64,000 nt of DNA, taken from assembly GCA_024278835.1 (NCBI GenBank), contig JAJRSK010000021.1, forward strand, positions 5,306 to 69,305, in the 5' to 3' direction. The stretch's first letter is position 1. Every line of letters starts with the position of its first letter. Position numbers and translations under genes: made by a program. Under the pieces are notes generated by a model, which did no database searches, was not told the origin of the DNA, and was given only the letters and a program-made list of their open reading frames with translations. Shown piece after piece: positions 51,519 through 60,076 of the stretch. The stretch is from Campylobacterales bacterium. Its GTDB lineage: Bacteria > Campylobacterota > Campylobacteria > Campylobacterales > QNZT01.

Positions 51519-51572
51519 GAACATATGTTCAAATATAGACCATATTATAACGAACATATGTTCACAAGTCAA
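51519..51572 (-). promoter_or_regulatory. Near-consensus promoter with two GAACATATGTTC operators upstream of the DUF134 operon
   Basis: Minus strand: TTGACT (51572-51567), 17-nt spacer, TATAAT (51549-51544). Perfect 12-bp palindromes lie in the spacer (51552-51563) and just downstream of the expected TSS (51519-51530). Confidence 0.65.
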
Positions 51573-51658
51573 GTTTTATTATAATTATAATAATCATAGG
51601 TAAAGTAAAGATATATTACATGAGTTACTATTTGTTATAATGTTACAAAGGAGTTATC

Positions 51659-52474
51659 ATGATAGGTGCGATTCGTAAAGTTCTTGTTGTTTTAAATAGT
51701 TTTGAGAAGATAGATACCATATTAGCAAAAGCCTTGCTGCTCTCATCAGAGCAAAATGCTGGATTGGAAGTGCTTTATGTACACGAAGAACCTATGTTTG
51801 ATGTGCCTGAGTATTTTTTATCTGAACAAAGTTCTAGTATAGATAAGGCAAAAGTTAAAAAAGAGATACAAGAGAAACTTTTGGCACTGGGGAGTGAACG
51901 TAAACATGCGATATTGGTCTTTATCAATGATACCGTTGATAGGGTGTTAGAGCAGCTAGAAGAGCACAATCACACCCTGATAGTCACTTGCTATCATGAT
52001 AAGATAACAGAGAGGATGCTTAAGCGTAGTGATGCCTCTATGTTGGTGATAAAAGAGGATAAAGAGGGCTATGCAAACATCATCATGCCTGTTAATTTAA
52101 GTGAAGATTCCCGCTCTTGTATCGACTTGGCAAAGCGCTTTTTCCCAGATAGTAAGTTGAGGCTTTTGTATGATAACCCCTATCTTTTGTTAAAAGAAGA
52201 TAAAGAGAAACAAAAAGCATTGTTTGAAGCCCTACAAAAAGAGACGCAGCTTGAGGGAAATTATATACAAGAGAAGATTAGCACGGAGCTTGATTTTATC
52301 GGAGAATTATATGCTATCGAAAAACATTTGGCTGCGTTTATCAATGCAGGTAGTTTTGATTTGACTGTTTTGTATACGCATCAGCGCGATTATCTCTTTT
52401 CCAATTCTCTCTCCTTTGCTTTGCTAGGGATGATTGAGAGTGATCTCCTTCTTTTGAGAAGTTTTAATGATTGA
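51659..52474 (+). CDS. Tandem-domain universal stress protein (paralog of 42638-43483)
   Basis: Colinear similarity with the other Usp. An extended -10 TGTTATAAT lies upstream. Confidence 0.7.
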   Translation: MIGAIRKVLVVLNSFEKIDTILAKALLLSSEQNAGLEVLYVHEEPMFDVPEYFLSEQSSSIDKAKVKKEIQEKLLALGSERKHAILVFINDTVDRVLEQLEEHNHTLIVTCYHDKITERMLKRSDASMLVIKEDKEGYANIIMPVNLSEDSRSCIDLAKRFFPDSKLRLLYDNPYLLLKEDKEKQKALFEALQKETQLEGNYIQEKISTELDFIGELYAIEKHLAAFINAGSFDLTVLYTHQRDYLFSNSLSFALLGMIESDLLLLRSFND

Positions 52475-52483
52475 AGATACGGA

Positions 52484-53068
52484 CTAGGTAAGCTGACTCT
52501 TATTTTTGAGTGCCTGTATCTTCTCTTGAAAATCGCTTTCATCTCCATAGACGAGAAAGTCTTTATAGTAGCGGTGTTTATAAGCAATCTTTTTGGCATG
52601 TTTGATAGGACAAAAGTAGAGTTCAGTTTTAGCTGAAATCTCGGCAGCATAGTGCATCAAACCATTAAAGTAAGAGCAGTAGAGGCAGTTAAGTTTCTCG
52701 ATAGGGTTGAGGTAAGCAAGATAGTGGCGGTCAAAGACGATATACTCACTACGCTTGATAAAGTCAAATTTATAAATACGAAATATCACTTGTTGATAAG
52801 TAAAAAGCATCACATCAAAGATAAGGGCTGGAAGTATCATCAGATAGATGAGTGGAGAAGAAAGTAGATGCAAAAAAGGGATATCTTTTAAGTATGCGAT
52901 GACTTTTTTCATCTTTTCTCTTTGTATAGCCAAAATATCTTGCTCAAAATTGACACGACCATTTTTTATTTCATAGGCCATGTGACCCTCTTGCGTTGCT
53001 ATTTCCTCTTTTAGTTTCTCTTCTAAAATTTCTATCTCTTCTAAAATTCTTTTGATTTTTTCGCTCAT
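52484..53068 (-). CDS. Conserved hypothetical membrane protein with Cys/His motif
   Basis: N-terminal coiled coil, two TM segments, C-terminal CLYCSYFNG...YFCPIKHAKK. The start is taken at MSEKIK. Confidence 0.4.
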   Translation of the reverse strand: MSEKIKRILEEIEILEEKLKEEIATQEGHMAYEIKNGRVNFEQDILAIQREKMKKVIAYLKDIPFLHLLSSPLIYLMILPALIFDVMLFTYQQVIFRIYKFDFIKRSEYIVFDRHYLAYLNPIEKLNCLYCSYFNGLMHYAAEISAKTELYFCPIKHAKKIAYKHRYYKDFLVYGDESDFQEKIQALKNKSQLT

Positions 53069-53241
53069 GTAAAATCCCTTCATTAGGTGTAACACTTTTA
53101 CTTAGTATAGTATCATTTAGGTATGCATTTCATGATAAGTTTCCACCATTACCTTCCGATTATAGTATAATATCTATAAATGGACTACACGTCGTGTACA
53201 TGTAGATAATATAGAATTAACGCTCCAAGAAAGGATGATAG

Positions 53242-54012
53242 ATGAAATTTTTACTCATTTTTTTACTCATGACAAACTTCTTTTTTTTACGGGCGGAGGT
53301 AAGCCCTATGACTGAGAAAACAAGTGAGGTGGAAGCCTTTGATGATAGTTTTGACGAAGAGTTTGATGCACCAAAAGTGGCAGAAAAAGGTTTTGACCCA
53401 CTCTCAGGCTACAATAGTATGATGACTGGCTTTAATGATTCATTTTATACACATTTGCTCATACCCACAGCCAAGGGATATAAGCACATACTTCCTAAAG
53501 AAGGGAGAAAAGCAGTCTCTTACTTTTTTGATAACTTACTTTTTCCTGTGCGTTTTGTCAACAATGTTTTACAGTTAAAATTTCAAAATGCTGCTGAGGA
53601 GTTTCTCCGTTTTGGGATAAACAGCACAGTAGGATTGTTGGGTTTGTTTGATGTAGCAAAGTCCAAGTTCGACTTGCGGGCGCACCAAGAAGATTTTGGT
53701 CAAACATTGGGGCATTATGGTGTGGGAAGTGGCTTTCATCTGGTCTTGCCATTTTTAGGACCTTCGAACCTGCGTGATACGATTGGGCTATTTGCCGATA
53801 TTACAATAGACCCACTCTATAAGTATGAGGGACGGTTTTATAATATGACAGAAAAAAACTATGAGTCATTGGCTCTAAAGTCGTATGACATACTCAATGA
53901 AAGGTCGCTTCACATAGGTGAATATGCGAGTTTAAAAAAGGATGCCTTGGTGTTATATCCCTTTTTACGTGACTTATATGAGCAAAGAAGAGCAAAGTTG
54001 ATAAAGGAATAG
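53242..54012 (+). CDS. mlaA: MlaA/VacJ-family outer-membrane lipoprotein
   Basis: DPLSGYNSMMTGFND...PVRFVNNVLQ...GLFDVA blocks. Confidence 0.8.
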   Translation: MKFLLIFLLMTNFFFLRAEVSPMTEKTSEVEAFDDSFDEEFDAPKVAEKGFDPLSGYNSMMTGFNDSFYTHLLIPTAKGYKHILPKEGRKAVSYFFDNLLFPVRFVNNVLQLKFQNAAEEFLRFGINSTVGLLGLFDVAKSKFDLRAHQEDFGQTLGHYGVGSGFHLVLPFLGPSNLRDTIGLFADITIDPLYKYEGRFYNMTEKNYESLALKSYDILNERSLHIGEYASLKKDALVLYPFLRDLYEQRRAKLIKE

Positions 54013-54014
54013 AG

Positions 54015-54591
54015 ATGAGAATAGTTTATATCATGTTGTTAGCCTTGATGATGCATATGCCCTTGATGGCACTTGAAGAGTCGGCGATACAACCAACGAT
54101 GAAAGAGACGATAGATACGATTACCAAGCTGCTAAAAGATAAGAGTATAGATAAAAGTAGCAGAGCATAGAGAGATTATCATGATAATAGACCCATTATT
54201 TGATTTTAATTTGATGGGCAAACTTAGTCTAGGTAAACGAACGTATAAGTCCATCTCCCCAAGTCAAAGAGAAGAGTTTAACAAGCTTTTTAACCAAAAG
54301 ATAAAAGCTTCTTACATCAAAAAGATTGATTTATATAGTGATGAAGAAGTGCTTGTCAAGGCAGTAAAAAAGGTAAAATCACGTATTCATCTTGTGACTT
54401 ATATCATCAGCGGTGGAGATGAAAATGAAGTTTTGTATAAGTTTTATCACTCTAAAAAGCGTGGATGGGTGATTTATGATGTGGATGTCTTGGGTGTGAG
54501 CATCATCCAGACATATCGTCAGCAATTTGCTGAAATCCTACAAGAAGATGATTTTGATACACTTTTGAAAAAATTACAGAGTAAAGAGTAG
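54015..54591 (+). pseudogene. mlaC: MlaC/Ttg2D-family phospholipid-binding protein, interrupted by a frameshift
   Basis: The signal peptide and first helix are encoded by 54015-54170 (stop TAG). The rest (IIDPLFDFNLMGKLSLGK...) is in the +1 frame, which is open from 54151. Confidence 0.65.
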
Positions 54592-54594
54592 GGT

Positions 54595-56958
54595 ATGCTG
54601 TATCGCTTATATGATAAGGTGATATTACAGTATCCACGGTGGACACTTTTTATCGTCCTTATCATGATAGGCTTGGTAGGGCTTTATGCCCCAAAGTTGC
54701 AGATAGATGCGTCAGCGAAAACGCTTATTTTAGAACATGATAAAGATTTGCAATATGCTAGGGAAATTCAGGCACGTTATCATACGCCGGATTTTCTAGT
54801 GATAACGTATACGCCTAAAACTACTTTACTCTCAAAGCAGAGTTTAGAGACTATAAAAGCATTAAGTCAAAAACTTGAAGCTTTGGAGATGGTTACCTCT
54901 GTTACTTCTATCTTGAATGTTCCTCTCTTGCAAAGTCCTTCTAAGCCAGTTAAAGAACTATTGGAAAATATCCCCACGATAGAAGGGGGAGCGGTCGATA
55001 AAACATTGGCTAAAAAAGAATTTTTAAAGAGTCCTATTTATCAAAAAAACTTGGTAAGTGAAGATTTTAAGACCACGGCGATACTGGTTAATCTCAAAGA
55101 AGATAGCACGCTTAGTCATGATATGCAGAGGGAAAAAGAGCACCAAAATATCAAAGATATCAGAGCTATCATGATAGAGCATAGCCAAGAGGGAGAACTC
55201 TTTTTGGGTGGTGTTAGTATGATTGCAGATGATATGATTAGCTATGTAAGAAGTGATCTTTTTGTGTATGGTATGACGGTTATATTTCTGATGATTATGG
55301 TGTTGTGGATTGTGTTTAGGCAGATGCGTTATGTTGTTTTACCTATCTTTATAGCTGCGTTATCGGTCTTGACTACGTGTGGGTTGCTAGGAATGTTTGG
55401 CTGGCAAGTGACGGTGATATCTTCAAATTTTGTCTCCCTGCAAATCATCATCACGATGTCTATTATCATCCATTTAATAGTACGTTATCGTGAGTTGTTA
55501 TATACCTATCCTCACGCTTCACATCATAACATCATTTTGGATACAGTGCTCTCGATGGCGAAGCCTAGCTTTTTCGCGGTGATTACGACTATCGCTGGGT
55601 TTAGTTCTCTGATAGTGAGTGATATCTTACCAGTTATCAACCTTGGGTGGATGATGAGTGCGGGGATATCCCTGTCACTTTTGATAGCATTTTTAGTCTT
55701 TCCTACAGTCATGATTTTACTGCCTAAAAGAGCACCTATGACGCTATTTGAGCATAAGTTTTCTTTGATTAGAGTCTATGCGTATATCGCGCTACATTAT
55801 ACCAAGACGATATATGTTGTGAGTTTTTTGATAGTGATTTTTTCTGTTACAGGTGGCATGAGACTACTAGTTGAAAATAGTTTTATCGATTATTTTAAAA
55901 CCTCTACGCCTATCTATCAGGGGATGAAAATCATCGACCAGAAGTTGGGTGGTACAACACCACTAGATGTGATATATGATCTTGATACGAGTGAAGTTGT
56001 TACAGAAGAGCTCTTGGATGAAGATGAAGAGTTTGACAGCTTTGAGGAGGAGTTTGCCCAGAGTGAAAATGAAGCGAAGTATTGGTTCACACCGGTAAAG
56101 ATGCAAAAGATACAAGCCATTCATGACTATTTAAAAAGCCTTCCAGAAGTGGGCAATGTCCAATCTCTTGCAACGATATTAGAAGTGGGGCGCGTGCTAA
56201 ATAAAGGCAAAGAGTTAGACAATTTTGAGTTAGCACTTCTTTATAATGAACTTCCAGGAGAGTTCAAGAAAAGTCTTTTTAGCCCTTATGTTAGTATCGA
56301 GGAAAATCAAGTGCGTTTTGCGATGCGGATTGTGGATTCACAAGAGGGCTTGCGTAGAAATGAACTTATTTTAAAAATCAAGCGAGATTTAGCAGCGATG
56401 CCAAACATAAAAGGGGAGAAGATACATCTCTCCAACTTGATGATTTTATATAACAATATGCTCAGAAGTCTTTTTGATTCGCAGATAAAGACACTGGGTA
56501 TCATGATAGCAGCCTTGACGCTGATGTTCTTTTTCTTATTTAAATCTTTTAAGCTTGCTTTTATCGCGATGGTGGCAAATATCATCCCAATTTCTACCGT
56601 TTTTGGTTTGATGGGCTGGGTGGGTATCCCCCTTGATATGATGACGATTACTATCGCGGCGATTAGTATCGGCATAGGGGTGGATGATACGATACATTAT
56701 ATCCATCGTTATAGTGTGGAGATAGCAAAAGATGGTGATTATACCGCGGCGTTACAGCGTTCACATGAGAGTATCGGATATGCGATGTATTATACGACCT
56801 TTGCTATCATGATAGGCTTTTCTGTGCTGGTGCTTTCAAACTTTTTACCAACGATTTATTTTGGATTGTTGACGGTATTTGCTGTCTTTATGGCACTAAC
56901 GGCTGATTTACTGCTGTTGCCACGATTGATACTGGTTTTGAAACCTTTTAAGGTTTAG
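54595..56958 (+). CDS. MMPL/RND-superfamily transporter (HpnN-like two-repeat architecture)
   Basis: 787 aa. Two repeats of one TM, a periplasmic domain and five TMs. GVDDTIHY-type block in the second repeat. Confidence 0.75.
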   Translation: MLYRLYDKVILQYPRWTLFIVLIMIGLVGLYAPKLQIDASAKTLILEHDKDLQYAREIQARYHTPDFLVITYTPKTTLLSKQSLETIKALSQKLEALEMVTSVTSILNVPLLQSPSKPVKELLENIPTIEGGAVDKTLAKKEFLKSPIYQKNLVSEDFKTTAILVNLKEDSTLSHDMQREKEHQNIKDIRAIMIEHSQEGELFLGGVSMIADDMISYVRSDLFVYGMTVIFLMIMVLWIVFRQMRYVVLPIFIAALSVLTTCGLLGMFGWQVTVISSNFVSLQIIITMSIIIHLIVRYRELLYTYPHASHHNIILDTVLSMAKPSFFAVITTIAGFSSLIVSDILPVINLGWMMSAGISLSLLIAFLVFPTVMILLPKRAPMTLFEHKFSLIRVYAYIALHYTKTIYVVSFLIVIFSVTGGMRLLVENSFIDYFKTSTPIYQGMKIIDQKLGGTTPLDVIYDLDTSEVVTEELLDEDEEFDSFEEEFAQSENEAKYWFTPVKMQKIQAIHDYLKSLPEVGNVQSLATILEVGRVLNKGKELDNFELALLYNELPGEFKKSLFSPYVSIEENQVRFAMRIVDSQEGLRRNELILKIKRDLAAMPNIKGEKIHLSNLMILYNNMLRSLFDSQIKTLGIMIAALTLMFFFLFKSFKLAFIAMVANIIPISTVFGLMGWVGIPLDMMTITIAAISIGIGVDDTIHYIHRYSVEIAKDGDYTAALQRSHESIGYAMYYTTFAIMIGFSVLVLSNFLPTIYFGLLTVFAVFMALTADLLLLPRLILVLKPFKV

Positions 56959-57292
56959 GGATATATAACTTTTTTTTGAGACTATAGGTGTTGACGAGTT
57001 GGTCAATATATTTTTTGAGTGCTTCATCTGATAGGGATGGCTTTTTTTGAATCCCAAATTTATTGATAAAGGGTTCTGGCATGATGCTTGTTTCTATGCT
57101 GGGATTTTTGAGATATTTTAGCATAGCAGCCTTGATGGCTCTGTGTGAACTATACTTGACAAGGTAGCGTTTGTAAAGTTCTTGCATTGGGATACCTTCT
57201 GCCTTGTGGCAAGTGATACATTTTGTTTGAAAATCTGTTGATGCCCCTATCTTGATGAGGGCTAAGAGTAATAAAAGATTTATTTTTCCCAT
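56948..57292 (-). CDS. Small secreted mono-haem c-type cytochrome-like protein
   Basis: Signal peptide and a single CITCH motif. The start overlaps the end of the kinase gene. Confidence 0.5.
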   Translation of the reverse strand: MGKINLLLLLALIKIGASTDFQTKCITCHKAEGIPMQELYKRYLVKYSSHRAIKAAMLKYLKNPSIETSIMPEPFINKFGIQKKPSLSDEALKKYIDQLVNTYSLKKKLYIPKP

Positions 57293-58440
57293 TGGACACT
57301 CACCTTTGTACCTAGTTTTATTTTGGATTGGATGTCTATCTTAAAGTTGTAATATGTGGTGATTTGGTGGACGATATCCATACCGATGCCAAAGCCACCT
57401 TCACTATCATTTGATCTTTCAAAGCGTTTAAATATCTTTTCCAATGCCTCTTTGTGCATGCCGATACCACTATCTTCTATGCTGAGGCTTTGTTGTGTTA
57501 AGGTGATAGTGAGTAAGCCTTTTTGTCTATTGTATTTGATGGCGTTGGAGAGAAGATTATCGATGAGGCGTATGGCGTCATTTTCATCTATCATGATAGA
57601 GATATTTTCATCTATCTTGCTGACTAAATGTATCTTCTTGGTCTCAATCATGGTAGAAAAATAAGCTATTCTTTCCCTTAAAAGTTGAGAGATATTGTAC
57701 TGTTTAACTTCTCTATGGTATTCATGGTTGAGTGTGAGATAGGTCATATCATCATAAAGACGACTGAGTGTTTTAGAGGCAATTTCGATACGTTTTCTCT
57801 CCTCTTTCCCTTCACATTCATAGAGTGTATCTAGTAACTCGATGTTTGTCAAAATCGTACTGATAGGTGTGTTAAGTTCATGGGTGGTATCTTGTATAAA
57901 ACGGTTCATCTTTTCAAAGCTTTGGCGCATAGGGGCAGTAAAAAGTCTTCCTAAAAAATATCCTAGTATCAAAAACATAAATAGAGCCACAAGTAAAAAG
58001 AGTATGGTATGTTGAAAAAGCTTTTGTATGGGGGCACGGTTGATAGGGCTTTTGAGCACGATATAGGCAGCACCAAGATAGTAGGGAATGACTGGTTTTA
58101 CATGGTAGAGTGTTTTATCTTTGATGTGATAAGGTTTCGTAAAGTCTATATTTTCAGCTTGAAAATCACCAAAGATATACGCCTTGTCGATATCAAAGAG
58201 CGCAGAGTGGTAATGTTTGTTGATAGGGTAGGCAAGTGTAGGATGTGTACTTTGGTGCAAGGTGCGTATTTGATTGCTAAGGTCTTCTGCGTATGTTTTG
58301 AGTACATCTCTTTGTTCATCTAATAGACGATGTTTTTCGTAGGTGAAAAAAAGTGTGCTTGCTAGTGTGAAAAGTGCCATCGTTGTAATCATATAAATCA
58401 CCAAAAAGCGAAAAAGACTCTTTTTCTCACTTCTTAACAT
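57280..58440 (-). CDS. Sensor histidine kinase
   Basis: Two TMs flanking a periplasmic domain. H-box TTHELNTPIST and N/G boxes (LLSNAIKY, DSGIGM, GFGIGM). Confidence 0.9.
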   Translation of the reverse strand: MLRSEKKSLFRFLVIYMITTMALFTLASTLFFTYEKHRLLDEQRDVLKTYAEDLSNQIRTLHQSTHPTLAYPINKHYHSALFDIDKAYIFGDFQAENIDFTKPYHIKDKTLYHVKPVIPYYLGAAYIVLKSPINRAPIQKLFQHTILFLLVALFMFLILGYFLGRLFTAPMRQSFEKMNRFIQDTTHELNTPISTILTNIELLDTLYECEGKEERKRIEIASKTLSRLYDDMTYLTLNHEYHREVKQYNISQLLRERIAYFSTMIETKKIHLVSKIDENISIMIDENDAIRLIDNLLSNAIKYNRQKGLLTITLTQQSLSIEDSGIGMHKEALEKIFKRFERSNDSEGGFGIGMDIVHQITTYYNFKIDIQSKIKLGTKVSVQWEK

Positions 58441-59095
58441 AGAGGTATCCTACATTCTTAATCGTTTCGATGCTCGCTTTTCCTATGTGGGAGCGTAAGA
58501 CTTTTATGTAGGTGCGAAGACTGCCTTCATTGGGTTCTTCGCCATAGTCCCAAAGTGCCTCAAAAATTTCTCCCTTATGTAGCGTTCGGTTGGGGTTGGC
58601 TAAAAAAAGTTTGAGCAGTTGTACCTCTTTGTTTTTGAGTTTGATAGCTTCATCATTTTTGTAAAGGGTGAGATTTGGCGCGTCAAATGAAAAGTGTTCA
58701 TCGATAGCTATCTTTTGGGCGTGGGTGCCAAACTGGCGTTTTAAAAGAGATTCGATGCGTACTTTTAGCTCCTTGAGGGAAAAAGGTTTTCGGATATAGT
58801 CATCACAACCTACGTCAAATCCACGTGTTACATCTGTCACAGCATGTAAAGAAGTGATAAAGATAGCAGGGGTGTCGTTGCCTGATTCTCTGACATCACT
58901 AAGAAAGTCAAAACCATTTTTGTGGGGTACTTTGATATCTAGCAACATCAAATCAAAATGAGACTCATAGAGTGCATCTTCGGCTTCAAGTGCGTCAAAT
59001 GCCTGTCGTACCTCATAGCCTAGATGCGTCAAAAACTGCTTAATTGTATCGGAGAGGGTGATATCATCTTCTAAAAGTAGAATTTTACTTTGCAT
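58427..59095 (-). CDS. OmpR/PhoB-family response regulator
   Basis: Receiver domain (LLLEDD...DLMLLDIKVP) and a winged-helix C-terminus (RTYIKVLRSHIG...GYLY). Confidence 0.9.
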   Translation of the reverse strand: MQSKILLLEDDITLSDTIKQFLTHLGYEVRQAFDALEAEDALYESHFDLMLLDIKVPHKNGFDFLSDVRESGNDTPAIFITSLHAVTDVTRGFDVGCDDYIRKPFSLKELKVRIESLLKRQFGTHAQKIAIDEHFSFDAPNLTLYKNDEAIKLKNKEVQLLKLFLANPNRTLHKGEIFEALWDYGEEPNEGSLRTYIKVLRSHIGKASIETIKNVGYLYVKK

Positions 59096-59132
59096 CGTTC
59101 GCCCTTGTCATTTGCGTCAGTATAACGCTAGT

Positions 59133-59151
59133 ATGTGAACTAGATATGAAT
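59133..59151 (-). promoter_or_regulatory. OmpR/PhoB-style direct repeat ATTCATATCTAGTTCACAT upstream of the response regulator operon
   Basis: TTCATAT-N4-TTCACAT lies 8 nt upstream of TATACT. Same box and spacing as 20568-20586. Confidence 0.55.
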
Positions 59152-59159
59152 TTTGTTAG

Positions 59160-59477
59160 TCACTCTTTGATATAAGAACAGCAATAGTCCGTAAGCTCTG
59201 CTACTTTTACTTGAAAGCTTGTGTTGGCAGGTACTTCAAAACTCTCGCCTCCCTTGATACCTTTCCATACATCACTATCTGGAAGTTTTACGATGAGATC
59301 ACCACTGAGTATCTCCATGATCTCTTTATCTGCCGTGGCAAACTCATAAGCACCAGGCAACATCACACCTAGGCTTTTTACTTCTCCGTTGGCAAATGTG
59401 ATAGTACGGCTTGTAACTTTTCCATCAAAGTAAGCGTTGACAGCTTTTTTTATCGTAACATTTTCAAAGTTTTCCAA
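59160..59477 (-). CDS. ppnP: Pyrimidine/purine nucleoside phosphorylase PpnP (DUF1255)
   Basis: Colinear with E. coli YaiE/PpnP as remembered (YFDGKV.S...GVM.PG.Y.F.T...E.M...SG.L.V.LP). Confidence 0.8.
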   Translation of the reverse strand: MENFENVTIKKAVNAYFDGKVTSRTITFANGEVKSLGVMLPGAYEFATADKEIMEILSGDLIVKLPDSDVWKGIKGGESFEVPANTSFQVKVAELTDYCCSYIKE

Positions 59478-59478
59478 T

Positions 59479-59961
59479 TTAATCCTTTAAATTTCTATAG
59501 ATATTTCTCACTAATAATACCAAAAGTGCAAAGGCAAAAAGCTTAAAGTCTAACTCACTAGCAAAATGGGCATTTTCAAACACTTTACTTTCTGTGATAG
59601 CTTCTCCCTTTTCTTGCATCTCTAGGATTTGTGGGATATAGTACTGAGAGTAGAGCAGACCACTTAAAACGACAAGCACGGCAGAGAGTAAACCAACCGT
59701 ATCTCGTTCAAAGCTTTTAAAACGGTATCCTTCGTAAAAGATAACAGCTAAAATGGTGATATTGACAAGGTAGGAAAGTTTCACAAAGTTAATTGTCATG
59801 ATAAGTCCCTCTTGAAAACGTGTTAAAAGTTCAGCGCCTAAGGCTACTTCGCTATGAAAAACAGTTGGTGCAACAACGATTCCTGCATAAAGGGCAGCAC
59901 CAAGCATGATGCCGAGTAGTATAATGTACGAAACAGTGATGTATTTAGGGATTGTAAGCAT
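59479..59961 (-). CDS. DUF4149-like (TMEM205-like) membrane protein
   Basis: Four-TM protein. The ATG at 59961 is chosen because a -10 (60000-59995) lies inside the longer ORF. Confidence 0.4.
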   Translation of the reverse strand: MLTIPKYITVSYIILLGIMLGAALYAGIVVAPTVFHSEVALGAELLTRFQEGLIMTINFVKLSYLVNITILAVIFYEGYRFKSFERDTVGLLSAVLVVLSGLLYSQYYIPQILEMQEKGEAITESKVFENAHFASELDFKLFAFALLVLLVRNIYRNLKD

Positions 59962-60008
59962 GGTAATTTTGCCTTTTTTGTATAAATTTGTCAAATTATA
60001 CTTCAATT

Positions 60009-60025
60009 AAGATAAATTTTATCTT
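60009..60025. promoter_or_regulatory. Perfect 8-1-8 palindrome AAGATAAA-T-TTTATCTT (Fur-family-like box) shared by divergent tpx and DUF4149 promoters
   Basis: 8 nt from TATACT (60034-60039, plus strand) and 8 nt from TATAAT (60000-59995, minus strand). Confidence 0.55.
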
Positions 60026-60076
60026 ATTTAGTTTATACTACCACTTCAAATATAAAATATTATAAGGAAAACAAAT

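Noticed and set aside
51614-51629. TATTACATGAGTTACT upstream of the second Usp as an eighth Crp/Fnr-type box
   Set aside because: Only the AC-N4-GT core matches (about 9 of 16 positions). It lies 6 nt from the -10 rather than 21 nt.
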